The translations under genes were made by a program, and so were the position numbers. The notes beneath the pieces were generated by a model that ran no database searches, was not told the origin of the DNA, and saw only the letters and a program-made list of their open reading frames with translations. Shown piece by piece: positions 9,325 through 17,700 of a DNA stretch of 44,091 nt. The stretch covers positions 1 to 44,091 of the forward strand of contig PXDC01000071.1 of the NCBI GenBank assembly GCA_003565135.1. The letters are read 5' to 3'. This stretch comes from Verrucomicrobiota bacterium. Lineage in GTDB: Bacteria; Verrucomicrobiota; Verrucomicrobiia; Opitutales; T3Sed10-336. The first letter of the stretch is position 1, and the number at the start of each line of letters is the position of its first letter.

Positions 9325-9355
9325 TTTATAACCGCTTCCGGACGAGAAGTGTCAA
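9325..9355 (-). promoter_or_regulatory. Candidate sigma70-type promoter for efp
   Basis: On the minus strand, TTGACA (9350-9355) is followed after 18-19 nt by TTATAA/TATAAA (9325-9331). It lies about 110 nt upstream of the efp ATG, in an AT-rich patch. Confidence 0.35.
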
Positions 9356-9413
9356 GACTCCCGTTTGCGTCCGGCGGTGGCGGACCCCACTTCCGGGCCC
9401 GGACTTATGGTGC

Positions 9414-9442
9414 TTTACAAGAATCCGGGCGGCGGTTAGAAC
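9414..9442 (+). promoter_or_regulatory. Candidate sigma70-type promoter for lpxC-fabZ/lpxA
   Basis: TTTACA (9414-9419), a 17-nt spacer, then TAGAAC (9437-9442). It lies about 30 nt upstream of the ATG at 9473. Confidence 0.3.
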
Positions 9443-9472
9443 ATTTCATTTTTATCCAAGCATTAGATTCTT

Positions 9473-10804
9473 ATGAAGCAACGCTCGATTCAGCGTGAAG
9501 CCACGGTCAAGGGCAAGGCCCTGCACACGGGCGATGATGTCCAATTGACCTTCAAGCCGGCGCCGGTCGGCCACGGGGTCGTTTTCCGAAGGGTGGACGT
9601 TTACAACAAGCCGGAGATCCGGCCGCACATTTCGCTGGTTTCCGACCTGGTCCGCAGCACCACGCTCACCTCCGGACACACCAAAATTCACACCGTTGAA
9701 CACGTGCTCAGCGCCCTGCACGGATGCGGCGTGGACAATGTGATCATCGAGATGAATGCGAGCGAACCGCCCATCCTCGACGGGTCGGCGCGCCCGTTCG
9801 TCGAGGCCATAAACGAAGCCGGTCCGGTGGAGCAGGAGTCGGAGAGGGAGTACTACGTGCTGGATGCTCCCGTCTCGGTGACCCGCAATAATTCCTCCGT
9901 GGTGGCGCTGCCCTATGACGGCCTCAAGATTTCCTGTACGTCCACCGACGATCGGGGCATTCACACCCAGCACCTGTCGTTGGAGATCGAACCCGAGACC
10001 TACACCCACCAGATTGCGGCGGCGCGGACCTTCACCATTTACGAGGAGATCGAGGAGCTCCTCAAAATGGGCAAGATTCGCGGCGGCAGTCTGGAGAACG
10101 CGGTTGTGCTGAAAGGGGACAAGGTCCTTTCCAAGGAGCCGCTTCGGTTTGCCGATGAGTTTGTCCGTCACAAGATTCTGGATATTGTCGGCGACATTTT
10201 CCTGCTGGGCTTCCCGCTTAAAGCCCATATTATCGCAATGCGCCCCGGGCACGCCATCAACTCCGAGCTCACGCAGGCCTTGTCGGAGCGGATGGAAGCG
10301 GGAAAGAAGGCCCAAAAGAAGCCGGCCCGCAAACCGGTGGTTGTGAGTCCCGATGCCACGTCGCTGAGTATCGGCCACATCCTCGAGACGGTGCCGCACC
10401 GCTATCCGTTCGTCCTGATCGACCGGATCGTCGATTTCACCGAGGACGACCGGCTGGTTGCGATCAAGAACGTTTCGTTCAACGAGCCGTATTTCCAGGG
10501 GCACTTTCCGGGCGAACCGGTCATGCCGGGGGTGTTGCAAATCGAGGCGATGGCCCAGGCGGCGGGTGTCATGATGCTCCGGAAAATCCGGAATAAGGCC
10601 AAGCTGGCCTTCTTCATGAGCTGCGACAAGGTGAAGTTCCGCAAGGCGGTGACGCCGGGCGATCAATTGGTTATCGAGGTCAAGTTGACCAAATCCCGGG
10701 GGAAAAAAATCGGCGTGGCGGAAGCGGTCTGCAAGGTGGATGACAAGGTGGTGTCCTCGGCGGAGCTCATGTTCCTGATTGAGGAACCCGGCGATTCGAC
10801 ATGA
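9473..10804 (+). CDS. lpxC-fabZ: Bifunctional UDP-3-O-acyl-GlcNAc deacetylase / 3-hydroxyacyl-ACP dehydratase (LpxC-FabZ fusion)
   Basis: The N-terminal LpxC part has [10 protein letters not shown] and [16 protein letters not shown] Lys-rich linker follows ([14 protein letters not shown]). The C-terminal FabZ part has [11 protein letters not shown] and [19 protein letters not shown]. Confidence 0.93.
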   Translation: MKQRSIQREATVKGKALHTGDDVQLTFKPAPVGHGVVFRRVDVYNKPEIRPHISLVSDLVRSTTLTSGHTKIHTVEHVLSALHGCGVDNVIIEMNASEPPILDGSARPFVEAINEAGPVEQESEREYYVLDAPVSVTRNNSSVVALPYDGLKISCTSTDDRGIHTQHLSLEIEPETYTHQIAAARTFTIYEEIEELLKMGKIRGGSLENAVVLKGDKVLSKEPLRFADEFVRHKILDIVGDIFLLGFPLKAHIIAMRPGHAINSELTQALSERMEAGKKAQKKPARKPVVVSPDATSLSIGHILETVPHRYPFVLIDRIVDFTEDDRLVAIKNVSFNEPYFQGHFPGEPVMPGVLQIEAMAQAAGVMMLRKIRNKAKLAFFMSCDKVKFRKAVTPGDQLVIEVKLTKSRGKKIGVAEAVCKVDDKVVSSAELMFLIEEPGDST

Positions 10805-11589
10805 CCGCCTCCATTCATCCCTCCGCCGTCGTCGAGGACGGCGCCGTACTGGGGGAGGGCGTGTCGGTCGGCGCCTTCGCCTACATCGGGGGGCAGGTGG
10901 AACTGGGTGGCGGCACCCGGGTGTGGCACCATGCGGTGGTGGAGGGGCGGACCTCGGTCGGGCGCGATTGCGAGATTTTTCCCTACGCCTGTATCGGGCT
11001 TAAAACCCAGGATCTGAAATACCGGGGAGGGTCTCCGGGGCTCAGGATCGGGGACCGGAATGTCTTCCGGGAATTCTGCACCATTCACGCCGCGACCGAC
11101 GACGGCGATTTCACCGAGATCGGCAGCGACAACCACTTCCTGGCCTATGCGCATGTCGCCCACGACTGCCGGGTGGGCAATCACGTTATCCTGAGCAACA
11201 ACGCGACGCTCGCGGGACACGTCGAGGTCGGGGACCACGTGGTTTTCGGGGGGCTTTCCGGCGCCCACCAGTTTTGCCGGATCGGGCTTCGCGCCATGAT
11301 CGGAGGCTGTTCGAAGATTATCCAGGATGTGCCGCCTTACCTCATCGCGGACGGTAACCCGGCGTTGATCCGTTCATTCAACAAGGTGGGGCTGGAACGG
11401 GGCGGGTACGGTCCGGAGCAGGTTGACCGTATCAAAGAGGCCTACCGCCTCCTCTACCGGCGGGGATTCAACCGGACCCAGGCCCTGGAGGCGATGCGTG
11501 AGGCGGGTTTGGACGGGCACCCGGAAACGGCGGCATTTTTTCAGTTTGCCGCGAAGAGCGACCGGGGCTTTATGCCGGGAGGACGGTAG
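10801..11589 (+). CDS. lpxA: Acyl-ACP--UDP-N-acetylglucosamine O-acyltransferase
   Basis: 262 aa with left-handed beta-helix hexapeptide repeats, [20 protein letters not shown], and C-terminal LpxA helices (AYRLLYRRG). There is an ATGA start/stop overlap with lpxC-fabZ. Confidence 0.93.
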   Translation: MTASIHPSAVVEDGAVLGEGVSVGAFAYIGGQVELGGGTRVWHHAVVEGRTSVGRDCEIFPYACIGLKTQDLKYRGGSPGLRIGDRNVFREFCTIHAATDDGDFTEIGSDNHFLAYAHVAHDCRVGNHVILSNNATLAGHVEVGDHVVFGGLSGAHQFCRIGLRAMIGGCSKIIQDVPPYLIADGNPALIRSFNKVGLERGGYGPEQVDRIKEAYRLLYRRGFNRTQALEAMREAGLDGHPETAAFFQFAAKSDRGFMPGGR

Positions 11590-11617
11590 AGGCTGATGCA
11601 AGCAGCCCGCGGGACGG

Positions 11618-12307
11618 TCAGGAATCGTTTCCGTTGCGCTTCTTTTCCCGGTACCCGATGCGCGGGAAGGGATTGACCACGCTGGTGACGATATTCCGGG
11701 AATGTCCCCCGATCCGCTTGAGGTACCGGACGTAGAGGGAAATCGCGGCACTGGTTCCGGCGTCGAGATCGGGCGCTTTGCCGCGGACGATCTTTTCCAC
11801 GATTTTCTCGCAGTCCGCCGACAGGGCGCCCTTGTAGTCGATCATGATCTCCCGGGCCTTTTCCTGGTCGCTTGTCCGGAAAGCGGTAACCATATCCCGG
11901 AAAAGTGTGGTGGTGCGCGATTCGACGTCGGCGACCTCGGGTTCGAGGCTTCCCCCGTCCAGCCGTTCCGGGTGGTAGCGGGCGAGGTCGTAAATGTTCT
12001 TGGCGTAGTCCCCGATTCGCTCGATATCGATGACGATGCTCACCAGGACGAGCCCGGAGGAGAGATCGCTGGGCCCGCTCACCGCCAGGTGTGTCAGGAC
12101 CTTCTCCCGGACGTCGCGTTCGAATCGGTTGATCTCCTTATCCATTTCCCGCAGGTTGACTTCGATCGCTCCGTCGCTGGAGCGACGGAGCGATTCCACC
12201 GATGCTTCGAACATCCGCAGGTCGATGTCCAGCATTTGGTGGGACTCCGCCAGCGCCTGGGTGAACAGGGTGTCTTTGCGGAAAAGGCTGAATAGGTTGC
12301 GCCACAT
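11618..12307 (-). CDS. PhoU-family phosphate-signalling accessory protein
   Basis: 229 aa with two PhoU repeats carrying ERIGDYAKNI and KRIGGHSRNI. It lies immediately downstream of the Na/Pi cotransporter on the same strand. Confidence 0.85.
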   Translation of the reverse strand: MWRNLFSLFRKDTLFTQALAESHQMLDIDLRMFEASVESLRRSSDGAIEVNLREMDKEINRFERDVREKVLTHLAVSGPSDLSSGLVLVSIVIDIERIGDYAKNIYDLARYHPERLDGGSLEPEVADVESRTTTLFRDMVTAFRTSDQEKAREIMIDYKGALSADCEKIVEKIVRGKAPDLDAGTSAAISLYVRYLKRIGGHSRNIVTSVVNPFPRIGYREKKRNGNDS

Positions 12308-12383
12308 GTTCTGTTTGTCTCGATGGAATTCTTGCTTGGTAACGTAAGGGAGGTTCCGGGGGCCGGCTGTCGTCGGATTCGGC

Positions 12384-13571
12384 TTATCGCAGGAGCAACA
12401 ATACCACAGTCGGGATGATAAAGTAAATCAGGGCGAGGGCCAATACGGGGACATACCGGTGGCGAAAGGCCAGTTTCCCCATACGTTCCGCCACTTTCAG
12501 GGGAATATTGCGGATGGCCGGGATCGGCCAAATCAAAAGGAGTCCGGCCACATTGAACAGGAGGTGGGCGAATGCGGCGATGACCGCGGTTTCGCGGCCC
12601 GTGGCCAGTGCGGCGAGCATGGCGGTCAGCGTGGTTCCGGCGTTCGAACCGAGGCAGTAGGGATAAACCTGGTTCAGCCGCAGGATACCGGCTCCGGCCA
12701 GCGGCACCACCAGGGCCGTCGGGACCGAACTGGTCTGGACGGCGAAGGTCAAAAGCAATCCGAAGAGCATGGCCCGCTGCCAGGTGCTGAAGAGGTGTGT
12801 ATCAAAAAAGTATTCCAGCTTCTTCAGCACCAGACTGCGAAGCAGCTTCACAATGACAATCAACATCCCGTAGGTCAGCGCGACCGTGGCCACGAGCATG
12901 AACACGGCGTGGTCCTGGACCATCCATGCGATCGCTTCGATGGCCGGTTCCGTCACGGCCTTGAGGGGATTGCTCAGGCGCATCCCGCCCATGCCTTCGA
13001 AGACTCCCGCGAAAAGACCGGCGGTGTGCCGGAGGAAACCCGTGGCCAGTTCGATGGGAAAGAGTATGGCGACGCAGGTTAAATTAAAAAAGCAGTGCAC
13101 GGACGCCGCGGAGAACGCCCGTTGCAGTTCCTGGGGGCGATGAATGTGTCCGAGCGATACCAGCACGCTGGTGATCGAGGTACCGATATTGGCCCCCATG
13201 ATCATGAAAATGGCCCCCTCGAGCGACAGGGCCCCTCCCGCCACCATGCCGACTATGATCGAAGTCGAGGTCGACGAGCTCTGCACCAGCGACGTGGCCA
13301 GGATGCCGATGAAGAGGCCGGTAAAGGGATTCGCGGTCGCTGTCAGCACCCGCTCGGCAAACTCGACTCCGAAGAGCTTGAATGCATGTCCCATTCCGCC
13401 CACTCCGACAATGAACAGGTACAGGGCCGCAACGATGCCCGCGACCTTGCACCAGAACAGCAGTCTCGGCGGGAGAAACGGCGGCTGTCCGGGAGGTGGC
13501 GCCACTCCCGGCGGAATGACGGTTTGCGCGGGATCTGAATCGGAGCCCTGGTCTGACGATTGGGCAGACAT
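12384..13571 (-). CDS. Na+/phosphate cotransporter family protein (NptA-like, without a fused PhoU domain)
   Basis: 395-aa polytopic membrane protein with two Na_Pi_cotrans-type repeats (LVQSSSTSTSIIVGM, FAVQTSSVPTALVVPL; GANIGTSIT, GSNAGTTLT). Confidence 0.88.
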   Translation of the reverse strand: MSAQSSDQGSDSDPAQTVIPPGVAPPPGQPPFLPPRLLFWCKVAGIVAALYLFIVGVGGMGHAFKLFGVEFAERVLTATANPFTGLFIGILATSLVQSSSTSTSIIVGMVAGGALSLEGAIFMIMGANIGTSITSVLVSLGHIHRPQELQRAFSAASVHCFFNLTCVAILFPIELATGFLRHTAGLFAGVFEGMGGMRLSNPLKAVTEPAIEAIAWMVQDHAVFMLVATVALTYGMLIVIVKLLRSLVLKKLEYFFDTHLFSTWQRAMLFGLLLTFAVQTSSVPTALVVPLAGAGILRLNQVYPYCLGSNAGTTLTAMLAALATGRETAVIAAFAHLLFNVAGLLLIWPIPAIRNIPLKVAERMGKLAFRHRYVPVLALALIYFIIPTVVLLLLR

Positions 13572-13709
13572 ACCGGGAGCAGTGTCCGTTTTAGGCGTTG
13601 TTGATGGATTCTGTGGGCGAGCCGTTCCGTTCGCCGATGGCAGGGCGGTCCGGGGAAATCCTGCGGGATTCCTGGGCCTTCGGGACCCCGGACCATCCTG
13701 TTCGGGCGA

Positions 13710-14597
13710 TCAGCTCTTTCCCGGTTCCCAGTAGTCCAGCAGCGTCGCGAACGTCTCGAACGCCGGTTTGGTGAAACCGTAAGGGGCTTCAAGGTGCACG
13801 CTGATGGGAAAGCCGAGATCCTGAACGCCGTCGATGGTTCGCTTGTAGAGGTCGAGCAGTTTCTCCTTTTTTTCTTTCAGACTCATTTCCGACAATCGAC
13901 TGACGAACGCCTGTTCATCGGTCACCAACGGATTTCCCGGATCCTGGATCAACCAGCGAATCAGCCCCAGTTTCTGTTCCAGTTTCGGAACAAAACCGAA
14001 CGACAAAAGGACTTCCGGGCGGTGCGGGTGTTTGTCCGCGAATTCCTTGAGAAATTTCACAATGTAATCGGAATAAAGAAGTTGCGTCATTCCGAAGGTC
14101 GCTCCCCGCTCGCATTTGAAGTTGAAGCGCCCGTCTTCGTCCTGGCGTGTCGGGATCAGGATGACGCCGCGGTTGGGAACCTGCTCCTGGAAATCGGCCA
14201 GGGCATCGGTGGGAGCGACGCCCGATCCTTCGCCGTCGGCCATGGTGCGGGGGACCCCGACGAAGATGATGCCGTCCATGCCCGCTTCCCGCAGTTCGCG
14301 GAAACGCCCGGCCAGGGCCTCCCGGTCGAGAAATGCGGTCACCTGGGTGCAAAGGCCGCGAAATCCGGGCAGTTCCGGCGAGGCCGCCTTCCACGTCTCC
14401 AGGGGATCCATCTTGGGCTTCATTTCCACCGGGCGGTCATCGTCTTCCACGATCATCCCGGGAATCATCAGGTGGTCGATCTTCCCCTCGATCCCGCATT
14501 CCCGGGAGAGAGTGCGCACCTTTTGTGCGTCTTCGATCGCTCGTTCTTTGCCGTCTTCCCTGTTGGGCGGCACGAATTCCAGTGCTATTCGAGTCAT
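13710..14597 (-). CDS. Divergent methylenetetrahydrofolate-reductase-fold (MTHFR-like) protein
   Basis: 295 aa. Motif-level resemblance to MetF: ALEFVPP vs SFEFFPP, GIIFVGVPR vs HIVALRGD, ATFGMTQLLYSDYIVKFLKEF vs ANRAITQFFFDVESYLRF, LLSFGFVP vs IIPGILP. The assignment rests on these motifs only. Confidence 0.45.
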   Translation of the reverse strand: MTRIALEFVPPNREDGKERAIEDAQKVRTLSRECGIEGKIDHLMIPGMIVEDDDRPVEMKPKMDPLETWKAASPELPGFRGLCTQVTAFLDREALAGRFRELREAGMDGIIFVGVPRTMADGEGSGVAPTDALADFQEQVPNRGVILIPTRQDEDGRFNFKCERGATFGMTQLLYSDYIVKFLKEFADKHPHRPEVLLSFGFVPKLEQKLGLIRWLIQDPGNPLVTDEQAFVSRLSEMSLKEKKEKLLDLYKRTIDGVQDLGFPISVHLEAPYGFTKPAFETFATLLDYWEPGKS

Positions 14598-14729
14598 AGT
14601 TTGGATCTAATTTTGAATCAAAACGCCGTTTCGGCCAGAGTCGGCGGCATTCGGCGTCAGGTTTCATGATTCAGGACTTCCGCCGAAGAGTAAACAGTAA
14701 ATCCGCCCGCGCGGTTTGCGAGCCCCGCG

Positions 14730-15857
14730 CTACAGCTTCTCCACCCGCAGGAACATCCAGACGCCGGCGGCCTGGAAGAGGAGGTTGGGCAACCACACCA
14801 GCAGGTCGGGTCGCAGGCGGGGACGTGTCTCGAACCAGCCCACGGCGATGACCAGGAAATAGAATACCATCGCCAGGCACAGGGCGATGACCAGGTTGGA
14901 CGAGGTTTCGCTGCGTTGGATCCTGATCCCGAGCGGCACGGCGAACAGGGCCAGGGAAAGCACCGAAAAGGCCATGGCGAACCGCTCCTGGATGCTCAGC
15001 TGTATGCTTATCAGTTCGGAAAAGTGATCCTCTCCCGGCCTGTCCGGGAGTTCGGCACGCACCCCGATAATCTCGTTGAAGGTCATGTCGCCGTAGCGTT
15101 TCGATCCGGTTCCCCTCCCGAGAATGCCCCGAAGGGGCAGGCGGATGGTGGTTCGCTCGATGGAGGGCGACGGGCGGGCCTCCTGCAGGTTTTCCGGATC
15201 ACCGGCGCTGCGGGCCTCGGCGAAGACATCGCGCAGAATGAGGAGAATGGATTCGGTTTCCGCTTCGTAATCCAGCGTGGCCTCCTCGGCGTGAAGGAAC
15301 CGGGAGACCATTCGTTCGTCCCCGATTTCCCACAGCCACAGGTCGCGCAATTCCTCGTCCCGTTTCTCGCCGACGTAGATGACGTACCCGGGGAAGTCGC
15401 GGACAAAACGCCGCTCCACAATGTAGTTCAGGGGGTTCTCGCGGATCGAGGCACTGAGGTCCTCCCGGTACTGGCTGCGGGCGTTGGGAGCGTAGTAAAA
15501 GTTTACCGTTATGGAGAATGCGACCCCGATGACGGCGAGGAAAAAAACGGGGGCGGAGATCTGAAACAGACTGATGCCGGCGGAACGCATGGCGGTGATT
15601 TCCCTTTGGGCCGACAGGCGGCCGAGGACGAGCAGGACGCCGGTCAGGATGCCGAGGGGCAGGGCGTAGGCGATGACGTAGGGGACGAGGAGCGAGAGGA
15701 GTCGGAAAAAGAGCGGAAAGCTCAGTTGCCCGTCTGTAAGGAGCCCGAGCACGTCGCGCAGAACGTTCCCCACGATCAGAACGAAGGCGAATACCCCGAC
15801 CGCCAGAAAACTGGCGGCGAGAAGGCTCCGGAAGATGTAGCGGTGGAGAATGTTCAC
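14730..15857 (-). CDS. LptF/LptG-family LPS export permease
   Basis: 375 aa. The N-terminus MNILHRYIFRSLL, REITAMRSAGISL, a central periplasmic beta-jellyroll segment and three C-terminal TM helices are typical of YjgP/YjgQ. Confidence 0.85.
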   Translation of the reverse strand: MNILHRYIFRSLLAASFLAVGVFAFVLIVGNVLRDVLGLLTDGQLSFPLFFRLLSLLVPYVIAYALPLGILTGVLLVLGRLSAQREITAMRSAGISLFQISAPVFFLAVIGVAFSITVNFYYAPNARSQYREDLSASIRENPLNYIVERRFVRDFPGYVIYVGEKRDEELRDLWLWEIGDERMVSRFLHAEEATLDYEAETESILLILRDVFAEARSAGDPENLQEARPSPSIERTTIRLPLRGILGRGTGSKRYGDMTFNEIIGVRAELPDRPGEDHFSELISIQLSIQERFAMAFSVLSLALFAVPLGIRIQRSETSSNLVIALCLAMVFYFLVIAVGWFETRPRLRPDLLVWLPNLLFQAAGVWMFLRVEKL

Positions 15858-15921
15858 GGAAGGAAATCGAGCGCGGCTATTTTTGTCCCGAATCGATCCG
15901 GCTGTCGAGGACGGGCGGTGT

Positions 15922-17616
15922 TCAGAACCGGAAAATTGTTCCGAACCGTTTACCCATGAGGGCGCCGGCCCCGATGATGGTCAGGGCGAGAAACGCCATG
16001 GCCCAAACCCCGAGCGCGGAGGCCACGAATCGACCCTCGCCCATGAGCTGGAACAACTCGTAAATCGCCTTGGTGATGGGATAATACATTTGTTGCTGGG
16101 CCAGTATGAGCGAGTCGGATACTTCCAGCATAGCGAAGGCAAAGCAGAGAAGGGCCCCCGCCATGATGTTGGCGCTGATCAGCGGCAGGGGGATTTTGAA
16201 CACGGCCTTGAGCGGAGGGCACCCGAGGTTGCGGGCGGCTTCCTCGTACTCCTCGCTGGTCTGCTGGAATCCCGCGGCCGCGGAGCGTACCATGAACGGA
16301 AGGCGGCGTACGGCGTAGGCCACCACCAGCAGGATCGTCGGGTCCTCGAGCGGATTGAGGAACTCGAAAAACGTCCCCTCCTGGCTCATGGCCAGATAGC
16401 CGAAGGCCACCACGACCCCGGGGACGGCGAGAGGAAGCATGGCGACTGAATCGAGGATGTGGCGGCCGGGCAGGCGCGTCCGCACCACCACGTAGGCGAT
16501 GCAGACCCCCAGGACGACATCGAGCAGCGCGGACAGGCTGGCGTATTTCAGGCTGTTGGCGATGGAGGGAACCGTCAGGGTGTGGCCGAGCGCGATTTCG
16601 TAGTTTTCCAGGGTCCAGCTGTCGGGGATGATCGTTTGGTACCAATCCTGGGCGAATGAAATCAGCACCACGCCGATGTGGGGGAGGACGGCCACCAGGG
16701 TGACGAGCAGGAACAGCGCGCTGCATCCCCAGCCGGCCAGCCGCCCGAGCGGCCTGGCTTCGGCCGCCGTGCCCGCTTTGGCCATCATGGCGTAGTTGGC
16801 CCGGCCGAAAAATCCCTTGCCCAGGCCGTAGAAGAGGAGGGTAAAGAGAAGCATGACGATGACCAGGGCGTAGGGGAAGGGATTGGCCCCGATGTCCCGG
16901 ATACCGGCGAAAATCTGGACGGAGGTCACCCGGGTGTAGTCGAAAATGAGGGGTACGCCCAGTTCGGTGAACGACCAGATAAAGACGATGGTGCCCCCGG
17001 CAAAGAGGCCCGGGCGAATGAGGGGAAATGTGACCTTGCGGAACCGGCGCAGGCGGGTGGCTCCGAGGTTTTCCGCCGCCTCATCCATGGCCGGGTCGAC
17101 GTTGGCGAGAGAGGCGACCAGGTTGAGAAAGAAAATCGGGTAAAGGTGGAGGGCGTTCATAATGACGACGCCCCAGAATCGTCCCCGACCGAGCCAGTCG
17201 ATGGTGGCGCCGTCGGTGAGCAGGCCGGCCTGCGTGAGCAGGGCGTTGACCGCGCCGTACTGGCCGAGCATTTGTTTTACCCCGATGGCGCCCACGAACG
17301 GGGGCAGGATAATGGGGATGAGAATGAGGGCCGTGAGCCATACCTTGCCCGGAAACACGAAGCGGTCCGCCAGGTAAGCCAGGGGCATCGCGATGAGGAA
17401 CGACAGCAGGGTCGAGAACACCGCCATGAAAAACGCGTTGCGAAGCCCTTCGAGGTAAATCGGGTTGGCGAAAACCTCGACGAGGTAGGCGAACGTCAGG
17501 GTGCCGTCGGCGTCGAGCAGACCGCCCTGCAGGATCTTCCAGATGGGCCAGACAAAGAACGCGGCGAAAAAGGCGCCGGTGACGGCAAAAATCGTTATGG
17601 AAAATGACCGTGACAT
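15922..17616 (-). CDS. Two-module ABC transporter permease (FbpB/iron(III)- or ThiP-type)
   Basis: 564 aa with two tandem binding-protein-dependent permease modules. Each has an EAA-like loop (EAAENLGATRLRRFRKVTFPL and EAARNLGCPPLKAVFKIPLPL). Confidence 0.88.
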   Translation of the reverse strand: MSRSFSITIFAVTGAFFAAFFVWPIWKILQGGLLDADGTLTFAYLVEVFANPIYLEGLRNAFFMAVFSTLLSFLIAMPLAYLADRFVFPGKVWLTALILIPIILPPFVGAIGVKQMLGQYGAVNALLTQAGLLTDGATIDWLGRGRFWGVVIMNALHLYPIFFLNLVASLANVDPAMDEAAENLGATRLRRFRKVTFPLIRPGLFAGGTIVFIWSFTELGVPLIFDYTRVTSVQIFAGIRDIGANPFPYALVIVMLLFTLLFYGLGKGFFGRANYAMMAKAGTAAEARPLGRLAGWGCSALFLLVTLVAVLPHIGVVLISFAQDWYQTIIPDSWTLENYEIALGHTLTVPSIANSLKYASLSALLDVVLGVCIAYVVVRTRLPGRHILDSVAMLPLAVPGVVVAFGYLAMSQEGTFFEFLNPLEDPTILLVVAYAVRRLPFMVRSAAAGFQQTSEEYEEAARNLGCPPLKAVFKIPLPLISANIMAGALLCFAFAMLEVSDSLILAQQQMYYPITKAIYELFQLMGEGRFVASALGVWAMAFLALTIIGAGALMGKRFGTIFRF

Positions 17617-17700
17617 GGCGGGATCCCCGCGGCCGAACCGCGACCTTTTGGTAAGGCACCGGCCGCCGGTGGTGGCAAGCGAATAATGGGAAAAGCCGCT

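Noticed and set aside
9473-11589. The lpxC-fabZ gene fusion with overlapping lpxA, considered as a novelty
   Set aside because: A fused LpxC/FabZ polypeptide is, as far as I recall, an already annotated architecture in several non-proteobacterial Gram-negative phyla. All catalytic motifs of both halves are intact. It is useful as a lineage hint but is not new biology.
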